Origin: Bugula neritina
Taxonomy: Eukaryota > Animalia > Bryozoa
Direction: 5' to 3'
Assembly (NCBI GenBank): GCA_964035545.1
Contig: OZ037772.1
Span: 868,001 to 932,000, forward strand
DNA length: 64,000 nucleotides
Part shown: piece after piece, positions 1 through 9,842 of the stretch
Layout: every line of letters starts with the position of its first letter
Position numbering within the stretch: the first letter of the stretch is position 1
Notes under the pieces: model-generated
What the model saw: the letters and a program-made list of their open reading frames with translations, nothing else
Told to the model about the DNA's origin: nothing
Databases searched by the model: none
Program-made: the position numbers and the translations under genes

Positions 1-269
1 AAACAAAAAGATGCAAGTGCTAGCTGACACTGAGGTAGACTAATAAGAGACAAATCTCTTGTAAAGATTTTGCTACTAAAAAGGACATAGATGTAATTAT
101 CGGTATTTTTGTAATTTGAAAATATACAGGACCGGAATTGGATATTCTAAAATAGCTCAATTGAAAAACATGCACACCTGATGCCCTGGATAATTTTTCA
201 GATTTCAACCTCAGAGTTGTCTCTCTTCGACGCTAAAATATAGCGCTCCGCTCAATGAATGCAACATTT

Positions 270-500
270 CTTTCACGTGATTAATATAGAGCCGACCTTT
301 GTAGTTGAGTGACGTGTAATAATCCTTCTGCGCGCAGAACTTCCTCGTTATTTTGGTTTTATTCATAATATTCATATTGTGCCTTTTCTCAGTTACTACT
401 TACTAGTTACCAAGTTTCTGACCAGTTTACAGACTGACACTACTGACTCTCGTGAGGTGAGAACAGTTTGAGTCATCTCATCATTTCTCAAATTAATCAG
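270..500 (+). promoter_or_regulatory. Putative promoter and non-coding first exon of the TRIM gene
   Basis: Local CpG enrichment, TCACGTGA (273-280), TGACGT (310-315), 14-bp palindrome TTCTGCGCGCAGAA (326-339), candidate donor CAG|GTACCC at 500/501; the first coding exon begins at an acceptor (9820), so an upstream exon is expected. Confidence 0.4.
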
Positions 501-687
501 GTACCCGTATTTTAATACTTGCGGTTAGATTTACTATTTTAGTATTTACTATTTAGTATTTTACTATTTTAATTCTAGATTTACTTTTAGTTTTAGTTTT
601 ACTTTTAGCCTTTAGGCTTTAGGTTTAAGTCTAGGCTTATAACTTATATAATATCAATATGAGATTAAGCTTAAGACTAAGTTATAT

Positions 688-1252
688 TGTAATGGATTTT
701 CACCCTCTATTAGTTTTTAACTGCGTGAGTCAGTATTACAACTACTGTTGCGTATCGTTTTGAATGCTGTAATTATAGCTAAGTTGCACTAGCTTTCTAA
801 TGCCTTATTATTGTGATTAAGCTTTCAGTATAATGTAATTTTTATTAAATACGCATTTCCAGAGTTATTTTCCCTTTTTGCTATTTCATCGTTTTGCATT
901 AATACTGATACTGGAAATTTGTGTAGCTTTTATGAATGCCTTCAATAGGTTGTTATTATAGCTAAATTCTTGGCCTATTGAATTATTCATTCTCCTTTGT
1001 CTATTTTTCTTTTGTTACTGTCAAGCTTAACTTTCTTTTGTCTGTTGGAACATTCTAGATGTGAATTCTTGTGTATAAAAGCAGGCGAGTTTCCAGTGTA
1101 GCTTCAGACTACTACTGGAGCTCGCTGGTAGTAGGACCACATGAGCTGTATCTGATACAATAAAGGTTATCCTCATTTGTACTCAAATACTTGGCTTATT
1201 CTTTCTAGAGCATGTAGGCACTAGTTGCATTCAGAACCCACAGTTTACTACA
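688..1252 (+). repeat. 5' LTR of element A
   Basis: Starts TGTAATGG, ends CTACA; TATAAAA at 1074-1080, AATAAA at 1159-1164; no difference from the 3' LTR seen by eye. Confidence 0.97.
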
Positions 1253-1253
1253 T

Positions 1254-1271
1254 TGGTGGCAGCGGTGGGAT
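1254..1271 (+). promoter_or_regulatory. Primer-binding site complementary to the 3' end of tRNA-Leu
   Basis: TGGTGGCAGCGGTGGGAT, 1 nt after the LTR; reverse complement of ...ATCCCACCGCTGCCA-CCA, the 3' end of metazoan tRNA-Leu(AAG/TAG). Confidence 0.9.
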
Positions 1272-1302
1272 TTTCGAATAACTAGTTGCCGAGCGGCGCG
1301 CA

Positions 1303-2208
1303 ATGGCCCCAGGGGACTCAGCCCCTGAGGCAGCAACACCACCAGCCCTCACTGTTGAGGCGCTGGTCACAGCCCTCCAGAGATTGCGGGGTCAAGGACA
1401 GGCATCACCTGGTGACAGGTATCGCCTCCAGCCCCCGAATTTCGGAGGAGAAGGAGACGTAGAGCAATTCATCAGGGAGTTCCAGGATGTGGCCACCATC
1501 GCTGAATGGCCAGTACGGGTGCGCATCCTCCAACTCCGGGCCTGTCTGACAGGCCGGGCCAAGAGCTTCGCTCTTGGGCCTGATGAAGAGCACATCATGC
1601 GAGCTCTCAGAGCCCGGTTTGGCCTAACAGCCGAAGAAGCAGCTGATCATTTGCAGATAATGAGGAGGGACCGGAGGACTCCTCTGGAAGATCACGCTAA
1701 CGAGGTAGAGCGCCTGGCTCAGGCTGCTTTCGGTCAAGCCACTGGCGACGCCCGGAAGCGCCTCGTTTATAACGCGTTCTTCCGGAGCGTTAATCACCCG
1801 GACCTGCAGCGATACTGGCTGGCCGCCAAGGTCAACAGTATAGAAGAAGCACTGGAAATGGGGAAGGCTTACTTCCAGGTGGAAGAGCCTAGGCGACCGA
1901 GCTATACAGCCCGCCAAGTGGTCGAGGAGCATGAGGAGACCACCCCACTTCCAACTCCACAGGTAGCAGCAGCTGCAACTAAATCACCCGAGCAGATGCA
2001 GCTCACCATGTTAATGGACATGATGAAAGGCCTGCAGGCTACGGTGACGAAGTTGCAGAGCGAACAGGCGGATAGGCGGGCTCCCCGATCACGGGACAAC
2101 CCTGTCCGCCCATCTCTGCTAACCTGTTGGGGGTGCGGGGCGCAAGGGCACGTGAGGAGGCACTGCCCTAGAGGCCAAGGGCCTTTAAACACCCAAGGCT
2201 CACGGTAA
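1303..2208 (+). CDS. gag: Gag (capsid-like region plus C-terminal CCHC zinc knuckle)
   Basis: 301-aa ORF after the PBS; CWGCGAQGHVRRHC = CX2CX4HX4C. Confidence 0.93.
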   Translation: MAPGDSAPEAATPPALTVEALVTALQRLRGQGQASPGDRYRLQPPNFGGEGDVEQFIREFQDVATIAEWPVRVRILQLRACLTGRAKSFALGPDEEHIMRALRARFGLTAEEAADHLQIMRRDRRTPLEDHANEVERLAQAAFGQATGDARKRLVYNAFFRSVNHPDLQRYWLAAKVNSIEEALEMGKAYFQVEEPRRPSYTARQVVEEHEETTPLPTPQVAAAATKSPEQMQLTMLMDMMKGLQATVTKLQSEQADRRAPRSRDNPVRPSLLTCWGCGAQGHVRRHCPRGQGPLNTQGSR

Positions 2209-2228
2209 CTTCCGCCAACCGTGGGCCT
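2184..2228 (+). promoter_or_regulatory. Programmed -1 ribosomal frameshift signal (slippery heptamer plus stem-loop)
   Basis: T TTA AAC at 2184-2190 in gag phase; 5-nt spacer; 11-bp stem 2196-2206/2218-2228 with one G-U pair; the -1 frame is open from 2184 into pol. Confidence 0.85.
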
Positions 2229-5200
2229 CACGCCAATCCCATCCGGGATAGGACTCGGAGAGGAGAAGAAGAGACCTCCACAGGGTCTGCCGATACCGAG
2301 TGGCAGAGGCCACGGAGATCTCGGAGACCGCAAGGTCTACCCGATCCTCCGGCCGTGCCACTCGAGACCCGGATGCAGCTAGAAGAAGCAGGATGGCAGG
2401 CACCTCGGAGATCTCGGAGATCGCAAGGTCTGCCCGATCCTCCGGCCTGGCCACTCCAGAACCGGTTCGCGGGGTTGCCCGAGGAGGTTGTGGAGGAGGA
2501 TTCAGCTTACTCGCAAGAGTACCCCAAGCTACCCTCCCGACCTCAGAAAACCCCCGTTGTCTCTAAGACGAAGAGGAGGCCCGCTGTGCGGACCCAAGTT
2601 GTGTCTCCCCCAGAGACTGACCGCTCCAGGAGCACCCAGCCGTATGGAAGCAGCTACTTCCTACCCGGAAAGATTTCGGGTAAAGCTGCCACATTCCTAC
2701 TGGATACTGGGTGCACTACCAACCTGCTGAGTAGGCGTCTCTTTGACACTCTTGGTGCACGAGAGCGGGCGAGCCTCGAGCCGTATGAAGGTGCGCATGG
2801 TACGTTGGCGGACGGATCATGCATTCCTTTCTACGGCGTCATTTCACTACCTGGACGCGTCCGTGATCAAGCAATTCACGAGACGTTCATAGTCAGCCAG
2901 CTGAAGGAGGACGCCATCCTGGGAATGCCGTTTCTGGAGAAACACCAGTGTCACATGGATTTCCAGAAGTCAGTGGTGGTGATGGCTGGGAAGGAACTTG
3001 TCTGCGTCGACAAGTTCGGAAGGCCCTTGGTGGGCAGAGTCCAGGTAGTGCGGGACTGCACGGTTCCGGGGAGATCCCAGGCGACTCTTCGCTGCAGAGT
3101 CAACTGCAAGGGGATCGCCGACCTGGGGGTGGTTGAGGGAACGCACGGAGCGATCCGACTAGCAAACAGCCTAAATCGGCTAGATTGTCGGCAGGAGCTC
3201 CTCGTGCAGTGCATCAACCCCTTCACGGAACCTGTCCGATTATCGGCTGGAGCGCTGGTGGGGAAGTACCACTCCATCCAGGAAGCGGATGTGGGTCCAG
3301 CACTGGAGACAGTGGCCGACACCCAGGGGAACCCCCCTCACACCAGACGAGGAGCAGTCCCGGAGCATATGGCTGACCTGTATGATGGAGCGTGTGGAAA
3401 CTGTACAAGTAGTACTGAACGCCAAGTACTGGCTCAACTACTTGCGGAGTACAGTGATGTCTTCAGTCGTGGCGATAGAGACATGGGGCTGACCAAGGTC
3501 ATCTCCCACGAGATACCCCTGGCAGCCGGCACCACTCCCATCAGGCAGCCTACCCGGCGTCTAGGCCCGGAGAAGGAGAAGGAGGTGAGCCGACAGGTAC
3601 AGGATCTTCTCGACCGGGATCTGATTGAGCCTGCCCACGGTGCGTGGAGCTCTCCAGTAGTCCTGGTCAAGAAGAAGGATGGTAGCTGGAGATTCTGCGT
3701 GGACTACCGCAGACTCAACAGCGTTACCATCCAGGATGCCTACCCTCTCCCACGGATAGATGAGTCTCTGGATGCCCTCGCGGGTAGCAAGTACTTCAGT
3801 ACTTTGGATCTGCTTAGCGGGTACTGGCAAGTACCCCTCAGTCCTGATGCCCAGGACAAAGCAGCGTTCATCACCCGCGACGGGCTCTGGAAGTGGAAAG
3901 TACTGCCATTTGGACTAACGTCCGCTCCGGCAACTTTCCAACGGCTCATGGAGCAGGTCCTCAGTGGGTTACACTGGAAGACCCTCCTCATCTATCTGGA
4001 CGACGTCATTGTCATCTCCCCAGACTTCTCGACTCATGTCAGTCGTCTGCGGGAGGTCTTTGACCGTCTCCGGGCAGCTGGACTGAAGCTGAAGCCCTCC
4101 AAGTGTGCACTCCTGCAGCCGGAAGTCACGTACCTGGGCCATGTGGTTGGCCGTGATGGGGTCGCTACCGACCCGGAGAAGGTACAGGCTGTGAAGGAGT
4201 GGACTGTCCCCCGTGACCTCCCTGAGTTGCGCGCGTTCCTGGGCCTAGTAGGGTACTACCGGCAGTACATACCTGGCTTCGCAGGAGTGGCTCAGCCGTT
4301 GAATCGGCTGACCGCAAAGGGGGTCCGGTGGCAGTGGACACAGGAGGAGCAGCAGGCATTCGACCACCTCAAGCAGCGGCTAATGGAGGCGCCAATTCTG
4401 GCGTATCCTGATCCAGCCCAAGAGTACATCCTGGACACCGATGCCAGCGACCACAGCGTGGGAGCTGTCCTGTCTCAAGTCCAGGGTGGAAGTGAGGTGG
4501 TCGTGGCTTACTACAGCAAGACTCTCGCGGCTGCCGAGAAGAACTACTGCACCACTAGGAAGGAACTCCTAGCAGTAGTCAAGGCGGTCAAGCACTTTCG
4601 GCCATATCTGTATGGGAGAACGTTCCGTTTGCGAACAGACCATGCATCACTGATATGGCTGTGTAAACGTGCGGAGCCCTCGAGCCAGGTGGCTCGTTGG
4701 CTAGAGATTCTTGCCGAGTTCTCTTACCGGATAGAGCACCGTGCTGGCCGGAAGCACGGGAACGCCGACGGCATGAGCCGCCGGCCGGTAGAGGACTGTA
4801 AGCAATGCCTGCACATTGAGAAGCGGGACGGGGGACCCGCTCGCCTTGACGTGGAAACAGAGTTAGGGGAGGGCGCCGTCTATCGGTGGGAGCACGGCCA
4901 TCTTCGGACCGAAACCCACTCAGACGACGTCCAGGCGCTTCACGCCAACCCCACTCTGTACCAGAATGTCAAGGAGCTGTGCCGACTCCAGGAGACGCTA
5001 CCCGGCGCGGTAGCGGACATTTTCCGGGCCAAGAAGGAGGGCCGACGACCTAGCGAGGAACAGCAGCGGCAGGGAGACGTTGAGTTCCAACTCCTCTGTC
5101 GTCGCTGGGATGCCCTCAAGGTCAGTCCTGATGGCCTCCTGATGATAACGTTAGCAGCAGACAACCGTCAGCAGGAGAGGGACCGCGTCGTCTGTCCACG

Positions 5201-7283
5201 CGCCCTCCGACGGGAACTGATCTGGGACACCCATAAGCAGGCTCATTCTGGAGTCAGTCGGGTCATCAGGTGTCTGCGGCTGCGTTGGTATTGGCCCGGA
5301 ATGACTCGGGACGTACGACTGCGGGTACGGCAATGCGAGGTCTGCCAAGCTAGCAAGCATGGCCGCCCCACGGAAACCACTGGTCGACGCCGGCTGTACG
5401 CTGGTCGACCGTGGCAAGTAGTGGCGGTAGACCTCGTCGGGCCTATGCCGTTATCCGCCAGAGGGAACACCTGGATACTGGTGCTCACGGACCACTTTAC
5501 CCGGTGGGCGGATGCTCTGGCTATCCCAGACGCAACCGCCCCCACGGTGGCCCGGACCCTGGACCAAAATGTGTTCTGTTACCTCGGTTTGCCCGAGCAG
5601 ATACATACGGACCAGGGCGCCCAGTTCCAGTCCCAGCTCATGGGAGACCTCTGCCGGATATGGGGGGTGAACCAGAGTCGGACCACCCCATATCACCCGC
5701 AAGGGAACGGAGTCGTCGAGCGGAACAACAGGATGTTGGGTGACGCGCTCAGGAGCCTGCTCCTTGGTCGAGGTCAGGAAGAATGGGACGTGGTGCTGCC
5801 GCAGATCATGCGGGCTTACCGCAGCACACCACACTCCGCCACACAGGAGACCCCAAACTTCCTGATGCTAGGCCGAGAGACGCGGGTCCCGGAACACCTG
5901 ACATACCATGTTCCTGCCCCCGAGTCACCGGTACACGAATATGTGGAGGGTCTGATGGACATCATGGGCAAAGCTCATGATGCGCTGCGCACCCAGCAGT
6001 GGCAGACCCGCACAGAGGACTCAGAGGAGCCCCCGTTGTACCAGGTGGGAGACTGGGTCTGGATGGTGAGCTACCGTAGGCGACGCGGACAGTCGGCTAA
6101 GCTTCAGCCCAAGTTCGTCGGTCCCTACTGCGTAGTGGAGGTGCTGCCCAACCACACGTACCGTGTGGAGCGCTCTGGACAGATCTCCGTCCAGAGCGAG
6201 CAGCGCCTCAAACCTTACCATGCCAGCCCAGACGCGGTGGGTCAGGCTCCACCCCTCCTGGAGCCCCACCGTCAGCCCAACCGTCGAGGACGGGCCACCC
6301 AGCCCCGAGAGGTGGAAATTATGGTTCCCAGAGAGTCGGACCAGGAGCAGGCCGCCTTGATAGAGCAGCTGGAGCGACAGCAGAGAGAGGAGCGGGAACA
6401 GGAACAGCGGCAAGCCCTAGGACCACCACCCTCCCTGGGGGAGGACACCCCCACCCCCGTGTTGGGTGAAGGCGGGGACCCCCCTACTAGGGTAGCCCAG
6501 GAGCCACCAACACCACTGGTGCCTGTTCCAATTGAGAGGAGCCAGCGGTCAAGAAGACCCCCCAGGTATCTGGCAGACTATGCTGTAGGGCACCTGGAGT
6601 GGCCCCCTCATGAGGACAACCCACCCAGTACGGACGACCACCCCATCTTGGCTGGAAATTCCCTCCATCACCCCGGAGAATTCCACCAAGAAGAAGATTT
6701 CACACAGCTAGCACGTGAGTTACAGCTCAAGTTGAATTCTAATCCTGATACCCCTAAGTATAATTTAAACACTGTTATTCAGACACTAGCATCAGCTATG
6801 GGAATTACCTCGCCAGATACCCAAACAGAGGAGCGTAAGGATACTGAGGAGGCCAGTCGATCCGACTCCCCTCCCCCACCAGCTCCTGTTTCGGCTCCCC
6901 GCAGCCAGCAGTACGACACCCCCTCTTCCGAGGTGTGTTCCGCCAGCGTTAGTGGCCCTGACCCCGAACCGGTTGAGCTCCAGCTCACAGCTGGGGAGGA
7001 GCAGGGCACTCTATACGGCGACCACCTCGCAGGCAGAGACGAAGAGGACTCTCCAATACTGGCAATGCCTCGGGCCCTGGTCGCCCGCCAGTATTGGATA
7101 TCTGGAGCACCAGGCAGCCAGATAGAAGAACAGACTCAGCCAACCCACCCACAATTGCCCCGTCACGGGCAGAGTATGGCACTTCCTTACCGAGAGTGCA
7201 TCCTGGATAGCGCAATCGAGGCCTGGTCCCGTATCCTCGATCCAAGTACAGAAGAGATAGGAAGCCTGGTGCACTACCTCTAA
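2184..7283 (+). CDS. pol: Pol polyprotein (protease, RT, RNase H, integrase, long C-terminal extension), -1 frame relative to gag
   Basis: LLDTGC (protease), YLDD (RT), TDAS...TDH (RNase H), HHCC + D-D-E + GPY (integrase), RRPPRYLADY end motif; uninterrupted frame. Confidence 0.96.
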   Translation, partial: FKHPRLTVTSANRGPHANPIRDRTRRGEEETSTGSADTEWQRPRRSRRPQGLPDPPAVPLETRMQLEEAGWQAPRRSRRSQGLPDPPAWPLQNRFAGLPEEVVEEDSAYSQEYPKLPSRPQKTPVVSKTKRRPAVRTQVVSPPETDRSRSTQPYGSSYFLPGKISGKAATFLLDTGCTTNLLSRRLFDTLGARERASLEPYEGAHGTLADGSCIPFYGVISLPGRVRDQAIHETFIVSQLKEDAILGMPFLEKHQCHMDFQKSVVVMAGKELVCVDKFGRPLVGRVQVVRDCTVPGRSQATLRCRVNCKGIADLGVVEGTHGAIRLANSLNRLDCRQELLVQCINPFTEPVRLSAGALVGKYHSIQEADVGPALETVADTQGNPPHTRRGAVPEHMADLYDGACGNCTSSTERQVLAQLLAEYSDVFSRGDRDMGLTKVISHEIPLAAGTTPIRQPTRRLGPEKEKEVSRQVQDLLDRDLIEPAHGAWSSPVVLVKKKDGSWRFCVDYRRLNSVTIQDAYPLPRIDESLDALAGSKYFSTLDLLSGYWQVPLSPDAQDKAAFITRDGLWKWKVLPFGLTSAPATFQRLMEQVLSGLHWKTLLIYLDDVIVISPDFSTHVSRLREVFDRLRAAGLKLKPSKCALLQPEVTYLGHVVGRDGVATDPEKVQAVKEWTVPRDLPELRAFLGLVGYYRQYIPGFAGVAQPLNRLTAKGVRWQWTQEEQQAFDHLKQRLMEAPILAYPDPAQEYILDTDASDHSVGAVLSQVQGGSEVVVAYYSKTLAAAEKNYCTTRKELLAVVKAVKHFRPYLYGRTFRLRTDHASLIWLCKRAEPSSQVARWLEILAEFSYRIEHRAGRKHGNADGMSRRPVEDCKQCLHIEKRDGGPARLDVETELGEGAVYRWEHGHLRTETHSDDVQALHANPTLYQNVKELCRLQETLPGAVADIFRAKKEGRRPSEEQQRQGDVEFQLLCRRWDALKVSPDGLLMITLAADNRQQERDRVVCPRALRRELIWDTHKQAHSGVSRVIRCLRLRWYWPGMTRDVRLRVRQCEVCQASKHGRPTETTGRRRLYAGRPWQVVAVDLVGPMPLSARGNTWILVLTDHFTRWADALAIPDATAPTVARTLDQNVFCYLGLPEQIHTDQGAQFQSQLMGDLCRIWGVNQSRTTPYHPQGNGVVERNNRMLGDALRSLLLGRGQEEWDVVLPQIMRAYRSTPHSATQETPNFLMLGRETRVPEHLTYHVPAPESPVHEYVEGLMDIMGKAHDALRTQQWQTRTEDSEEPPLYQVGDWVWMVSYRRRRGQSAKLQPKFVGPYCVVEVLPNHTYRVERSGQISVQSEQRLKPYHASPDAVGQAPPLLEPHRQPNRRGRATQPREVEIMVPRESDQEQAALIEQLERQQREEREQEQRQALGPPPSLGEDTPTPVLGEGGDPPTRVAQEPPTPLVPVPIERSQRSRRPPRYLADYAVGHLEWPPHEDNPPSTDDHPILAGNSLHHPGEFHQEEDFTQLARELQLKLNSNPDTPKYNLNTVIQTLASAMGITSPDTQTEERKDTEEASRSDSPPPPAPVSAPRSQQYDTPSSEVCSASVSGPDPEPVELQLTAGEEQGTLYGDHLAGRDEEDSPILAMPRALVARQYWISGAPGSQIEEQTQPTHPQLPRHGQSMALPYRECILDSAIEAWSRILDPSTEEIGSLVHYL

Positions 7284-7460
7284 TGATAAAACCGGACAAC
7301 CAGGGGCCGCTGGCAATAGCCAACTGAACTGTAAATATTCTCGTGTTACGTGTGATTAATCATAATACTTTCCTGTTAACCGCATATTTTTCTACGTTTG
7401 TGTTTTATTTTTTGTGTGTGGAATCATTGTTTTGCTATCGAAAAGGGGATGCTTTTCGAT

Positions 7461-7470
7461 GGGGGGAGAA
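7461..7470 (+). promoter_or_regulatory. Polypurine tract of element A
   Basis: GGGGGGAGAA directly before the 3' LTR. Confidence 0.9.
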
Positions 7471-8035
7471 TGTAATGGATTTTCACCCTCTATTAGTTTT
7501 TAACTGCGTGAGTCAGTATTACAACTACTGTTGCGTATCGTTTTGAATGCTGTAATTATAGCTAAGTTGCACTAGCTTTCTAATGCCTTATTATTGTGAT
7601 TAAGCTTTCAGTATAATGTAATTTTTATTAAATACGCATTTCCAGAGTTATTTTCCCTTTTTGCTATTTCATCGTTTTGCATTAATACTGATACTGGAAA
7701 TTTGTGTAGCTTTTATGAATGCCTTCAATAGGTTGTTATTATAGCTAAATTCTTGGCCTATTGAATTATTCATTCTCCTTTGTCTATTTTTCTTTTGTTA
7801 CTGTCAAGCTTAACTTTCTTTTGTCTGTTGGAACATTCTAGATGTGAATTCTTGTGTATAAAAGCAGGCGAGTTTCCAGTGTAGCTTCAGACTACTACTG
7901 GAGCTCGCTGGTAGTAGGACCACATGAGCTGTATCTGATACAATAAAGGTTATCCTCATTTGTACTCAAATACTTGGCTTATTCTTTCTAGAGCATGTAG
8001 GCACTAGTTGCATTCAGAACCCACAGTTTACTACA
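7471..8035 (+). repeat. 3' LTR of element A
   Basis: Direct repeat of 688-1252. Confidence 0.97.
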
Positions 8036-9842
8036 ATATTTAAATTATAAGTTATATAAATTAAAATTCTTACAGTTAAACTTAATGTTATAATATTAAT
8101 TAAATATAATTGTTTCTCTTTGAGTCTTTGATTTGAAATTTACAATAGACATAGTAATATCATAGCCCATAGGCATATGATCAATAATTAATTAATTATA
8201 ATGATTTATCGAATAATATAAATATGAATATCGTATTAATGATATTAAATTTATTATTATTATAAAAAATTAATCGACTTCAAGTTTAGGTTCAAGTTTT
8301 AATACTGAAAAATTGATCTCCTAGTACTACTACTAGTACTACTACTAGTACTACTACGTCTACAGTAGTAGTAGTGGTAGTAGCCTACGATTACAGATTA
8401 CTATTACGTACTATAAGTATTAGTCTATTAGTATTAGTAATACATGTACTATTAGATTACTCTTAGTATTGCTATTCGATTTACTGTTAGTGTTGGTATA
8501 ACTATATAGGAATTGAGACTAAGTATTTCAGTTTCGAACTATTTTATTTATATAAATATTTGTATTAACTTTAAGTATTACTATTAGTAATCACAATTAG
8601 TATTGATATTGCATCTCCTATTAGGATTACTGCTATTACTATTAGTATTGTTGTATGAGTAATTACTAATTAGTATTAGTAATTTTTACTCATTGCATTA
8701 CATTTACTATAAGTATAACTATAAAGTGTAAGTTACTATTATTGCTCTACTATAACTATCAGTATTAAATTTAGTGTTGCAGTTGGTTTTACTGCCAGGT
8801 CCCCTACCATCATTAAATTTGTTTATAATGATAATCTTAGTGATTATCACCCAATATTGACTCATATGACTAGGTTAGCCACATTTATATGATCTACTAT
8901 TGTTGTAAACATAAAAATATGAGGTTAGTGTTAATATAAATCATTTGCTAGGTAAGAGTGTAGAATAAATAATTTGCTAGAGATGAGTGTAGAAGCTGCC
9001 AACCCATGAAACAACTACACCTGACCTAACAGAAGTACAAACATGTTAAATTAGTGTGTTTCACACCACCATAGTTTCTATTAGATGATTAGAATAGCAA
9101 ACTAGCAGTTGATGGCTTTTTCCCTGGCTGGTGGAAGAGTGAATCTAAGTAACATATTAAATCATGCATCACCAACACTGCAGAAATGTTAAAATGAATT
9201 TTGTCATTTAGATTATGGAGAAAACAAGTATTTTCAACACCCAGCACAAAATATTTCATGAAACTATGTTTTCTCCCACTGCTATGTTTCCCCCTATTTT
9301 GTGTCTTAGCGTGAGCCCACGGAATGTATCTAGCCCAAAAATGGGCAGGTAACATTGTAAAACTGGCTGATATCTTTGAATGAGGGGATAAGCAGCTGAG
9401 CCTAATTGTGCTGTTTGTTCATAGAAGTAATACATAACTCACTGGTATTCGTGTTTCACTTCTCCACTATATATTGGAAACAATTGATTAGTGGTGTTCA
9501 ATAGAAGTAGAATAATAGTGTTCACTGAAGCACACAACATTGCTTCATATTTATTGTATATGGAGTTTGAGTCACCAGCAAAAACCTATTCAGTGATTAC
9601 AATGGAAACAATACAGCCTTTGTTAGACAGTTGAAGCTGTGAGCTCAGCATGTTGTAGCTGACTATCATGTATACCAGTGTTATTAACTGCCTTTGTGTG
9701 ACATTATTTTTCATGTCTTTGTTTTGTATGGTTTATTGTTAATGGTTAAGTCTTTGATTTGGAAACCTTCACATATGCAGTGTGAAATATTATGCTAAGA
9801 GTATGTGTATCTTTTACAGGATTTCCTTATTATATAACCAAG

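Larger units (their letters stand above)
688..8035 (+). mobile_element. Full-length Ty3/Gypsy LTR retrotransposon (element A), apparently intact
   Basis: Two 565-bp direct repeats with TG...CA ends (688-1252, 7471-8035), 4-bp TSD ATAT (684-687, 8036-8039), PBS, PPT, gag, and pol with PR-RT-RH-IN order. Confidence 0.98.

Noticed and set aside
6764-6770. Second in-phase TTTAAAC heptamer in the pol tail
   Set aside because: The -1 frame closes after about 24 codons and no strong downstream stem is apparent; probably chance in an AT-rich patch.
1392-7323. Many antisense and alternate-frame ORFs within element A (and likewise element B)
   Set aside because: Expected shadows of GC-rich gag/pol coding sequence; no motifs.
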